DNA from: an uncultured Planctomycetota bacterium | Lineage (GTDB): Bacteria; Planctomycetota; Planctomycetia; Pirellulales; Lacipirellulaceae | Assembly (NCBI GenBank): GCA_963719315.1 | Contig: CAVRBU010000004.1 | Location: 736,001 to 800,000, forward strand | Length of the DNA: 64,000 nucleotides | Direction of reading: 5' to 3' | Part shown: piece after piece, positions 12,004-21,143 of the stretch | How positions within the stretch are numbered: the stretch's first letter is position 1 | Layout: every line of letters starts with the position of its first letter | Position numbers and translations under genes: made by a program | Notes under the pieces: generated by a model | Told to the model about the DNA's origin: nothing | The model's database searches: none | Seen by the model: only the letters and a program-made list of their open reading frames with translations

Positions 12004-12750
12004 ATGCCCAACAGGATTTGCTGGCTGGCGGTGATCTTCGTGACCGCGACGTTCGCGGTGTGTCGCGGAGAATCTCCTCCGCCCGCGGCGACGTCGCAGC
12101 CGAATGCTGATCGCGTGATCGCGATCGACGTGTTGCTGGAACCCGACGCCACCATGGTGAAGCGCGCGGCGGCGGTGAACGCACAACTGCGCGAGAATTA
12201 TCCAGCGGGGTACACGCTGGGATCCAAGCAGGTCGCGCATATCACGCTACTGCAGCGGTACGTGCGCGAAAAGGACCTGCCGGCGATCGAGGCCGCCGTA
12301 GCGAAAGTGATCGACGCGGAACAGCCACTCGCCCTGAACCTGACGGCGATCGGAATCGAACACGGCATCTGGGCCGGAGTTGCCATCACGACCATCAACG
12401 TCAAACAATCCGCCCAATTAAGCCGGTTTCAATTCATGGTTGCGAAGGCGGTCGAGCCGTTTGCCGTGAGTGGCGGCACGGTGGCCGCATTCAACACGAA
12501 CGAGGAACTACCAAGAATCGATCGCGAGATCGTAAGCTACGTGGAGTTGTTCGTGCGAAATTCATCGGGCCAGAAGTACAAGCCGCACGTGACGGTCGGC
12601 GTGGCCCACGAAGATTTCGTCAAAGAGCTGGAAGCGATGCAGTTCGAGTCGTTTTCGTTCCATCCGGCTGGCGTCGCCATTTACCAGCTCGGCAACTTCG
12701 GCACGGCGCAGAAGATGCTGTGGGAGTGGAAGCAAACGAAGGGGAAGTAA
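12004..12750 (+). CDS. Exported 2H phosphoesterase (2'-5' RNA ligase-like) protein
   Basis: Two HxT motifs (AHITLL, PHVTVG) and a signal-peptide-like N-terminus. Confidence 0.7.
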   Translation: MPNRICWLAVIFVTATFAVCRGESPPPAATSQPNADRVIAIDVLLEPDATMVKRAAAVNAQLRENYPAGYTLGSKQVAHITLLQRYVREKDLPAIEAAVAKVIDAEQPLALNLTAIGIEHGIWAGVAITTINVKQSAQLSRFQFMVAKAVEPFAVSGGTVAAFNTNEELPRIDREIVSYVELFVRNSSGQKYKPHVTVGVAHEDFVKELEAMQFESFSFHPAGVAIYQLGNFGTAQKMLWEWKQTKGK

Positions 12751-12805
12751 GCTCTCGGTACCGCTTTTCCGACTTTTCAGGAGACATGCATGTTGAGCCA
12801 CCTGC

Positions 12806-12976
12806 GAGCAAGTGGCGACGGTGACGACGAAGCCTTAGGCGCCGGTCACGTTTTCCGCAAGCGAGACGTTTGATGTTGGCGTCGACCTCGGTTCCGCGGT
12901 CTCGCGCGACTATTTCGACCGGGCGCCGTTCGAATTCACAGGCAATATCGAAAAAGTGACTGTTCAATTGAAATAA
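12806..12976 (+). pseudogene. C-terminal remnant of an arylsulfatase
   Basis: Reads FSASETFDVGVDLGSAVSRDYFDRAPFEFTGNIEKVTVQLK*, similar to the tail at 17230-17349; in-frame stop upstream. Confidence 0.75.
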
Positions 12977-14867
12977 TGGGAGGACTTTCAAAATGAGGAA
13001 TCGATTATCAATCGTGGCGTATGCCATTGCCATTGGAGCATTGTTTACTTGTCTATTCGCGTCGGCTTGGGTTTCGCCGGCTTTGGCCCAGCAAATAACC
13101 GGCACGCCAAAGGTGCTGCCGCGGCCCGACTTCAAGTTCCCGGGCAAGGTCGGTAAGACGTACAAGGATTCCGACCCGCCGCAATTTCCTCAGCCCGTAA
13201 AAGCACCGGCGGGTGCACCGAACGTCGTGCTGATCCTGCTCGACGACACGGGGTTCGGTCAGTACTCGACGTTTGGCGGCGGCATACCCTCGCCGACGCT
13301 CGATCGGCTCGCCGCGAATGGACTCCGCTACAATCGGTTTCACACGACGGCGTTGTGCAGCCCCACGCGGGCCGCGCTCATTACCGGTCGCAACCACCAC
13401 TCAGCGGCGACGGGCGTCATCACAGAAGCTGCGACCGGCTACGACGGCTACACCTGCATCCTGCCCCGTAGCTGCGGCACAATCGGCGAAGTCCTGCGCC
13501 AGAACGGCTACATGACCGCCTGGATCGGAAAAAACCACAACACCCCGGCCTGGGAAACCAGCGCCGCCGGACCGTTTGACCGCTGGGCCAATGGCTTGGG
13601 GTTCGATTATTTCTACGGCTTCAACGCGGGCGATATGAACCATTGGGATCCGGTTCTGTTTGAAAACAGAAACCTCGTTCCCAAGAGCAAGAATCCGAAG
13701 TATCACCTGACCGAGGACTTGGCAGATAAGGCGATCGCGTGGGCACAACGGGTCACCAGCATCGCCCCGGACAAGCCATTTTTTCTCTATGTCGCTCCCG
13801 GTGCGAATCACTCACCGCATCATGCGCCACAGGACTGGATCGACAAATTCAAGGGTCAGTTCGACGAAGGTTGGGACGCCTTATAGGGAGGCCACCTTGG
13901 CCCGACAAAAAAAACTTGGGGTCGTTCCACAAGATACGAAGCTGACCGCTCGTAGCGAAGGACTTCCGGACTGGGATTCGCTCAACGACGGGCAGAAGAA
14001 AGTCTATGCCCGCATGATGGAAGTGTTCGCCGCGTACTCGGCGCACTGCGACTACCACATGGGTCGGATCATCGACGCCGTCAAAAAACTGCCCAACGCC
14101 GACAACACGATCTTCATCTACATCGTGGGAGACAACGGCGCCAGCGCCGAAGGCGGGCTGGAAGGTAGCCTCAACGAAAACCTGTTCTTCAACGGCTTCC
14201 CCGAGAAATGGCAAGACAACCTGGCGCACATCGACGAAATTGGCGGGCCGAAATGGTTCAACCATTTCCCGAGCGCCTGGGCGCATGCCATGAACACCCC
14301 GTTTCAGTGGACCAAGCAAGTCGCCAGCCACTTCGGCGGCACTTGCAATCCAATGATTATTTCCTGGCCCGCAAAGATCAAAGATAAGGGAGGCTTACGT
14401 TCGCAGTTTCTTCACGTCATTGACATTGTGCCTACACTTTACGAAGCGATCGGGATCACGCCTCCGGAGATGCTTAATGGTATCGCTCAAAAACCGATCG
14501 AAGGCGTCAGCTTCCTGAACTCTTTCGACGACGCCCAGGCTCCCGAGACGCGCAAAACTCAATACTTCGAACTGCTCGTCAATCGCGGCATGTATCGCAA
14601 CGGCTGGATGGCTTCGAGCCGGAGTTTTGTTCCATGGATTCCGATACGAGGCGAGTTCGACCCGCTCACGGCCAAGTGGGAACTGTACAACATCGACAAA
14701 GACTTTTCCCAGGCGGAGAATCTCGCCGACCGGTATCCGGAGAAGGTCAAGGAACTTGAAGCCCTCTTCTGGAAGGAAGCCGAGAAGTATTCTGTCCTGC
14801 CGCTCGATTGGCGGGCGGTAGAACGCCTGAATGCCGAGCTTCAGGGCCGACCGAGCCTCGCAGGTGA

Positions 14868-15151
14868 CTGCCATGTGGATTTCAAGTCCTTGGGTTAAAT
14901 TTGTGCGGCGACGTACGGCGATCGGTCCACCGGCGAGGTGGTTTTTTTGAGGTTCGTGCAGGTCTCGGTCTTCAATCACGCGAGAGGATTATCTCTGTCG
15001 TCTTGGTGATCACGTATCGCCGTACAGGTAATGCATAAGAGGGACGGCCCCGAACTGCCGTATCAGGCGGTGGTGATCCGACAGAGCGCCATGCACCTGA
15101 AAAGGCAGGAATGCCATAGGGCGTGAAGGCGGTGTCAATCCTCACACGAGT
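14868..15151 (-). ncRNA. Candidate bridge/seek RNA in the IS110 downstream non-coding end
   Basis: Stem (15075-15090/15128-15140) plus inner hairpin enclosing segments that match both flanks of the insertion site; donor-like match at 15054-15061; 10-bp stem 14913-22/15016-25. Confidence 0.65.
14927..14948 (+). terminator. Intrinsic terminator-like hairpin inside the IS110 end, facing host read-through
   Basis: CCACC-GGCGA-GGTGG followed by T7. Confidence 0.5.
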
Positions 15152-16729
15152 TCAGGACCGTTCCCTGTTTTCATTTGCTTGTGCGATTCTTATATTCAAG
15201 CAGGCCAAGACAGCCGGCAATACGTCACCGATCGGCTTGGGGCCCTGTCGGCGACGCGTGTGCTGCTGCAGGACGTCCGCGACGATTATCGCTTCATGGC
15301 TGCAAGTGTTATAGGGTAGTTGCCCAACAGCGGCTTCCAGGTCAGCCAACAAGACATCCATGGGTGTCTCATGCTCCTGATGAAAGCGACGCAGTTTGTC
15401 CAGTATAGAGTCGGGCTTTTGAAAGCATGAATGGCGCATCGGCTCGTCCCCGGCGACACAGGCCAGCGCCAAGCGGCTGAATCGCTTGGCGATCTTAACG
15501 CGACTGGCCCGCTTGTCGACGCCCCGGGCTATGTCCACTTCTGCCTGGCCGCGGTAATAATTGCAGTGACAAGCCAGGTTGTCGGCGATTCCCATGAGCA
15601 CGCAGCGCAGCCGACGATTGGCCTGGCGGATTAACTCTCCATTGGCGTTGTCCGTTTGATCGCTTTGATAACGGGACGGGAACAAGCCCGCGCGACCGGT
15701 GATGGCGTTCGCGTTGGCGTACCCTGAAATGGGTCCCATTTCTGCCGCTAACTCGGCGGCCGAAACGACGTTGATACCGGCGATGGCCATCAGGCGAATG
15801 TAAGGAGTCTGCACCACGTCGCCGGCAAGTTGTCGCTCCAAGGCAGCGATTTGCCGTTGAAAATGCTGATAGAGCTCGTACAGATCGGTCCAGATGGCAT
15901 GGTGCATCGGCCCGTCTTGAATGGGATCGTCCGTCGCTTGCGTCGCCCAGGCGAGAACTTTGTCGATGGTGCGCAGCTGGTGGCGAACCTTGTTCTTGCT
16001 CAGATATCGGCTCAAGCCATTCCGTCCAAGTTGGAGCAGTTTGGCAGGTGAGTCGCAGTGGACGGCGATCGGCAGTGCTGTAGGCGATTCAAACAAGCCA
16101 CTGAACAGCCCGGCATATCCAGGCATCGCCAGATGCAAGTGGTCGCGAATCTGGCAGGCCAGCGCGGCCGACTTCTGAACAAGGTCGCGGCGATGGCGTG
16201 CGCGTAGCTGCAGATCTCGATAAGGAGGTTCCAATTCCAGCTCGCGCAGCCCAAAGCCGGCGACCGCAGCACGATGTTGTGCATAGAGGTCGTTTTCATC
16301 GGTCTTGTTGCCCGGATTGGCCGGCATTCGATACTGCTTGGTAGCGAACGGATGGACCACACGCGTTTCGAATCCGGCTCTGGCGAAGGCTCGCTTGGGA
16401 GGAAGATAGTAGTTTCCCGTTCGCTCAACCACGACGATTGTGTCCTGGATACCATGCCGCTGTTGCGCTTGTCGGATCATCTCCACCGCCACATTGAAGA
16501 AGACGCTTTGGTGCTCGACGGTTTGAGGTCCAATCAGCAGGTTGCCAAAGTAGTCTGCCATCATCCACTCCGATCGATGCTTGGCGGGATCGACACAGAC
16601 GATGGCAAAGTGTTCACCACCTACTTTTTGGACACGTGGACTGATCATTCCACTCGGTTTTTGCAGCGACTGCCTGCGTGGCTTGGCTTTGTGCTGCACA
16701 CGGCCGGTTCGTCTGACGTGGTACGACAT
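15152..16729 (-). CDS. IS110 family transposase/recombinase (~525 aa)
   Basis: RuvC-like DEDD: CVDPAKH, VVERTGNYY, NKTDEND; Tnp domain GINVVSAAELAAE..AGLFPSRYQSD; GGAGA RBS. Confidence 0.93.
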   Translation of the reverse strand: MSYHVRRTGRVQHKAKPRRQSLQKPSGMISPRVQKVGGEHFAIVCVDPAKHRSEWMMADYFGNLLIGPQTVEHQSVFFNVAVEMIRQAQQRHGIQDTIVVVERTGNYYLPPKRAFARAGFETRVVHPFATKQYRMPANPGNKTDENDLYAQHRAAVAGFGLRELELEPPYRDLQLRARHRRDLVQKSAALACQIRDHLHLAMPGYAGLFSGLFESPTALPIAVHCDSPAKLLQLGRNGLSRYLSKNKVRHQLRTIDKVLAWATQATDDPIQDGPMHHAIWTDLYELYQHFQRQIAALERQLAGDVVQTPYIRLMAIAGINVVSAAELAAEMGPISGYANANAITGRAGLFPSRYQSDQTDNANGELIRQANRRLRCVLMGIADNLACHCNYYRGQAEVDIARGVDKRASRVKIAKRFSRLALACVAGDEPMRHSCFQKPDSILDKLRRFHQEHETPMDVLLADLEAAVGQLPYNTCSHEAIIVADVLQQHTRRRQGPKPIGDVLPAVLACLNIRIAQANENRERS

Positions 16730-16833
16730 GTTGGATTCTCCGTAATCGGGGAAAGTAAAGGTGCGGACCTGAACTTTCCCCACAGCAATCCAAGCTGACG
16801 ATCCTCCAGAAGAAGTATTTTGGGGATCTAAGC

Positions 16834-16842
16834 GTCATACCA
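16834..16842 (-). promoter_or_regulatory. -10 half (TGg-TATGAC) of a circle-junction promoter; -35 TTGAAA is at 14880-14885 (-)
   Basis: Joining the ends gives TTGAAA tccacatggcag TC tgg TATGAC with a 17-nt spacer. Confidence 0.65.
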
Positions 16843-17383
16843 GAGCGTGACATATATGTGTACTACCCAGGTCAGATTGCGTTACCGGATGGGGCCGCAC
16901 CCCAAGTCCTTAACAAATCATTTTCCGTGACTGCCGATCTGGATATTCCGGAGAAGGGCGCCGAAGGCATGGTTTTTACCCACGGCGGCCTTACGGGCGG
17001 CTACGGCATCTATTTGCGCGGGGGCAAAGCGCACGTTGTTTACAACATGCTCGCTATCGAACGTTACACAATCGACTCGGACGAGCTGCCCAAAGGAAAA
17101 GTCAAACTCGCGGTGATCGTCGACTACGAAGGGAAGCCGGGTGAACGTGGCAAGCCGGCAATGGTACATATTACGGCCAACGGTAAGAAGGTCGGCGAAG
17201 GAAAGTTGCCCAAAACCGTGCCGCTGCAATTCTCGCTGGGAGAGGGCGTCAACGTCGGCATGGATATCGGCTCGGCGGTGGACTTCACGTACAAGTTGCC
17301 GTTCGCATTTACCGGAGTAATTGAGAAGGTAACTGTTGAACTGAAGTAATCGGTCTCGTCACTACTCGCACGGAGAACTCGTC

Positions 17384-17560
17384 ATGCATTTCACTTGTAA
17401 ACTATCGGCCATGGTATTGTTTGGTGCTGGACTTCTATGCCTCTCAACGGCAAACGTTCAGGCAGACTCGATCACTCCCTTCGACCCAGCCTACAAGAAT
17501 AAGGGCCAGGTTGAATTCACGGGCCATATCGAAAAAGTGTCGTTTAAACTAACGCCGTGA
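17384..17560 (+). CDS. 58-aa mini-ORF: signal peptide fused in frame to a sulfatase-type C-terminal tail (possible deletion remnant)
   Basis: GGAGA RBS; MHFTCKLSAMVLFGAGLLCLSTANVQA-DSITPFDPAYKNKGQVEFTGHIEKVSFKLTP*. Confidence 0.55.
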   Translation: MHFTCKLSAMVLFGAGLLCLSTANVQADSITPFDPAYKNKGQVEFTGHIEKVSFKLTP

Positions 17561-17748
17561 CGAGCGACTAGGACTTTTCCTGCCCGACTGTAATTACCGG
17601 CACTTAGACGTTGCGAAACTGATTGCACCATGCTCGATACCATTCTCAGTCGCATCTTCACCAGCCATGTCTGCTGCATGGCGGCTATAATCGCTTTTGT
17701 TTTCCATTCTGCACCGATTCAAATCGGCCGCCAGCAGCGCACGTACCT

Positions 17749-18081
17749 ATGAGCGAAAAGAATTCCGAAGACGACGACCGCAGTTACGCCCATCTGCTGA
17801 CTCTTTTAAGCGTGTCGGCGGCGATGGTCGGCGTTTGCTTGACGGCGGTTGGGCTGGTGAACGTCATCGAGGCAATCAGCAAGCTCGAAGGGTGGGTGGA
17901 CGACCTGCTGGCGATCGGCAGCTTGCTGTTTTCGCTCGTCACGCTGCTGAGTTTTTTGGGCATCCGCACGCGGATTCGCCGAACCTGGCCGCGTTATATG
18001 CTGCTCTTGGATATACTGTTTTGTCTCGGAATCGTCAGTATGGTTGCGGCTTCCTTCCTCCTGACATACATGGTGATTTGA
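17749..18081 (+). CDS. Small three-TM membrane protein
   Basis: LLSVSAAMVGVCLTAVGL..DDLLA; three hydrophobic segments. Confidence 0.65.
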   Translation: MSEKNSEDDDRSYAHLLTLLSVSAAMVGVCLTAVGLVNVIEAISKLEGWVDDLLAIGSLLFSLVTLLSFLGIRTRIRRTWPRYMLLLDILFCLGIVSMVAASFLLTYMVI

Positions 18082-18381
18082 ATTGCTACGTCGCTGCGCA
18101 TCGAAAGATGACGATGAATTAGCGTGCCAACGTCTCGGCTCCTCTGAGATGATCGGTGCGATTCCCCATACCGCTGCGGTAGCTCTGTCAATTTGGACTA
18201 CCGCAACGCGGAAGTCGAGGTACTTTGCATCGCCCGACACTGCCAAAATTGGAGCTGCTGGGGTGCCATGCCTTCGCCGCAGGGCGGCGTAGGCATGCCG
18301 CCTTCGCCAGGCGCGAAAACTTATGCAGCGACGCGCCGCGAAAGCGCGGCACTCATTGTTACTCTCCGAGTCTCGCCCCGG

Positions 18382-20142
18382 CTATTTCTTCTTCAACGCC
18401 GCTTCCGCAGCGGCGCGGACCATTGGGCTGCCATCTTCTTTGGCGACGTTTTCGAGCGCCGTCGCCGCTTGGGCCGCGGCGCCCATATCGGTAATCGCCT
18501 CCACCGCTTGGAGCCGGGTCTGCTCATCGGCGTTCGAGAGACACTGGATGAGCTTGGGTACAACGGCCGACGCAACTTGCGCGTCGCTGGGCGCGATGCG
18601 CGACAAGGCCCATGCCGCCGCATCTGCTTCGAAGGAGTCGTCGGCCTTCATCCGCTGCATGAGCGGCCCAACCGCGGCCTTCGCTCCGGGCCCGATCTTG
18701 CGCAGGGCGTACAGGGCGCTCTCGCGCTCGCCGGCGTCTTGGCTGCCGATCGATTTGACTAGCATCTCGGTCGCCGGGGAAGCGGCCGGACCGATCGCTC
18801 CCAGAGCCAACTGAATATTCGTGCGCAGCTTCGCGTCGGCCCCGTCGGCGGCCTCCATCAACGGTTGCACGGAGCCCGCGGCTTTGGGACCGAGCTTTCT
18901 GATGACGCGCACCGCCGCCGCGCGATATTGAGGATTCTTAAGGCCGTTATTCAAACGCGGGACAACCGACTCGCCCAGGCCGGCGATCGCTTCCACCACA
19001 TTTGCCCGCACGCCAGGACTTGGATCGTTCACGAGTGCCACGAGCGCGGGAGCAACCATTTCGGGAGGCGCTTTCAGCGATTGCAAACTCTTAGCTGCGG
19101 CATTTCGAAGTGTGACGTTGTCGCTCCTCAATCCTTGCGTCAGTTTCTCGATCGCGGTTTTCAGAGCAGCTTGATCTTCGGGATGCAGCTTGGCCAGGGC
19201 CCATGAGGCAATCATTTGCAGAAACGGATCGCCGTCGGCCGCCGCGGCTTGTAGCTCGGTGTCGGCATCTTTGGCGCCGATCGAGCCCAAGGCGTAAGCA
19301 GCAGCAACGGGCACCGTCGCATCTGTATCCGATATGAGCAACTTCTTGATTTGCGGAGTGGCCGACTCGGCCCCGGGACCGACGGCGGCCAGAGCGAGAA
19401 GCTCCTGAATCAACAAATGCGAGTGTTTGGTTGTACCCAGTAGCGCAGTGATTTCCGGTACCACAGGTGCGGCATCTGGACCGATCTGCTCGACCGCCGC
19501 GCAAGCCAGGTAAGAGGTTTCGGGCTGGCCCAGGGCCTCCTTCAACAGCGGGACGGCGTTCGGACCCTCGTCGACAATCGCCTCAAGCGCGTGCATCGTG
19601 ATGGCTTCGTCATTTGATTTGAGCGCCTTGGCAAGCGCTTCGGCCACTCGCTTCGGGCCAGGCTTGAGCTTGCGCAGCGCCGAAATCGCGGCCCGCGCCA
19701 CGCGGGCGTCTTTACTGGTCGCAAGGTCGATCAGAGAATTGACCGTTTCGTCGGAGCGATCGTCGATTTTTCCCAGCGCAATGGCAGCGTGGTATTGGAC
19801 GATCGGATCCTTGTCGCTCAGCAACTTCCGTAATTCAGCAGCCGTATCTTTCGCTTGCGAACGGTATTCACCCAGCGTGCGGGCCGTGCGCCAGCGAATC
19901 TGCGGATCCTCATCCTGCAACATTTTTTGCAGTTGCGGCACAACTTTGGATGCATGTGCATGCCGTTCGCCCAAATCATCGATGGCGGTGTAGCGAGTCT
20001 CTTTGGAGCCTGAAGCGGCATCTTGCAGCATCTTGGCAGTGCCACTGGTTTCCGCAGCGCAGCTTGGCAAAACAATCAGCGCGGTCAAAAAGCAAAGGAG
20101 CAGCGGAGCGCCGCGCCGTACTGGAAGAAGACGAATGGACAT
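18382..20142 (-). CDS. HEAT-repeat (PBS lyase-like) exported/lipoprotein
   Basis: Repeated LxDxDPxVRxxAAxALG units; signal peptide with LPSC. Confidence 0.85.
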   Translation of the reverse strand: MSIRLLPVRRGAPLLLCFLTALIVLPSCAAETSGTAKMLQDAASGSKETRYTAIDDLGERHAHASKVVPQLQKMLQDEDPQIRWRTARTLGEYRSQAKDTAAELRKLLSDKDPIVQYHAAIALGKIDDRSDETVNSLIDLATSKDARVARAAISALRKLKPGPKRVAEALAKALKSNDEAITMHALEAIVDEGPNAVPLLKEALGQPETSYLACAAVEQIGPDAAPVVPEITALLGTTKHSHLLIQELLALAAVGPGAESATPQIKKLLISDTDATVPVAAAYALGSIGAKDADTELQAAAADGDPFLQMIASWALAKLHPEDQAALKTAIEKLTQGLRSDNVTLRNAAAKSLQSLKAPPEMVAPALVALVNDPSPGVRANVVEAIAGLGESVVPRLNNGLKNPQYRAAAVRVIRKLGPKAAGSVQPLMEAADGADAKLRTNIQLALGAIGPAASPATEMLVKSIGSQDAGERESALYALRKIGPGAKAAVGPLMQRMKADDSFEADAAAWALSRIAPSDAQVASAVVPKLIQCLSNADEQTRLQAVEAITDMGAAAQAATALENVAKEDGSPMVRAAAEAALKKK

Positions 20143-20181
20143 CGTAATGTGCCTTATTGAGAATCTGCCGGTCGGCAGGAA

Positions 20182-20799
20182 CTAGCCTAAATTGTCGTCG
20201 AGCTCGCGCGTCACCTTCAACACGAAGCGAATCATTTGACTGAGAATCGGACCTGGATAGACGTCATTTTGCTTCGCGAGCATGGCTCGCCAATCCTTGC
20301 TGGCCGCGGTGGCTTGCATGTATTCGTCGCCCGTAAGCGCACCGGCGTACGCCCGCTGCTTGAACAGTTTGTCGAGCTCCGTTCGGTACTGGCTATATTG
20401 AGTCTGGTCCAAAACCTTGGGCCAGAAGATCGTGCCCGTCGTGCGATCGAACTCTTTCGGCGTCAGCGTTCCCAAGGCGTTATTGGCCAGATACGCGTTC
20501 CGCTTGGCGTCGATCGCCGAAAGCTGCTGCTGGAGATGTTCGCTGTAAATGCCCTTCTTTTCCCAAAAGGCATTGACCGAATCCACCTGGTTGGTGATTT
20601 GGTTAGAGCGTGCTTGCGTTAGATTGATGGCAGCTTGCGAGTTGGACAAATTCTTTTGCCCCTGAGCCGAGATGATGTTGCTCATGCCGTTGGCGGCGCC
20701 TTCGGCGGCGGTCGAGGCGCTGTTGTAAATGACTTGACCGGTGAGCGCCAACGCGCTCAAGACCAACAATCCGACGACACCGATGGGAACGTATTTCAT
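20182..20799 (-). CDS. Hypothetical secreted protein
   Basis: Signal peptide, 205-aa ORF with RBS, co-oriented with the HEAT gene. Confidence 0.7.
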   Translation of the reverse strand: MKYVPIGVVGLLVLSALALTGQVIYNSASTAAEGAANGMSNIISAQGQKNLSNSQAAINLTQARSNQITNQVDSVNAFWEKKGIYSEHLQQQLSAIDAKRNAYLANNALGTLTPKEFDRTTGTIFWPKVLDQTQYSQYRTELDKLFKQRAYAGALTGDEYMQATAASKDWRAMLAKQNDVYPGPILSQMIRFVLKVTRELDDNLG

Positions 20800-21143
20800 A
20801 GTCCGTTCACTTTCTCTCTAACCGGAATAATCGTAAGCAAGTATTTAATTTAGCTGAAACACCGCGGATTTCCACCGCAAATCGCTGCTCCACGCTTGAA
20901 AAACGGCCACTTTTCGTGCCCTGGCCCGTTTGTCGGCCGAATTGCTCGGCGGGGACCGCCCTTTCCATCGGATTAACTGCTACATCTTCTCAATCTCCAG
21001 CGATCAATCGCCGTTTGAAGTCAGGTCGCATTCTACCGGGTGGCGCGGTCGTTCGGGTAGCGTCGATAAAAACTGATGTATCAATTATACGCTACGGAAC
21101 GCCTATCCGAGCTGTGCTGCCAGAAATGGCGTAGGGCGACTGC

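Larger units (their letters stand above)
14868..16842 (-). mobile_element. IS110-family insertion sequence
   Basis: DEDD transposase, no terminal IRs, GA dinucleotide at both junctions (14866-67 and 16843-44), in-frame restoration of the host gene. Confidence 0.88.
12993..17349 (+). pseudogene. Arylsulfatase with LamG-like C-terminal domain, interrupted by IS110 (also frameshift near 13882)
   Basis: LCSPTRAALITGR motif; removing the element plus one GA restores ..RPSLAG-ERDIYVYYPGQ.. in frame, continuing to 17349. Confidence 0.88.

Noticed and set aside
14864..16851. GTGAC 5-bp direct repeat as a TSD of the IS110
   Set aside because: Also restores the frame, but gives a protein two residues shorter and loses the 17-nt junction promoter and the guide match; IS110 elements typically lack such TSDs
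18258..18320. CATGCC..GGCATG palindrome, and a CCCCTCTC..GGGAGGGG hairpin near 45287
   Set aside because: Single copies in the window; may be REP relics or terminators but cannot be supported
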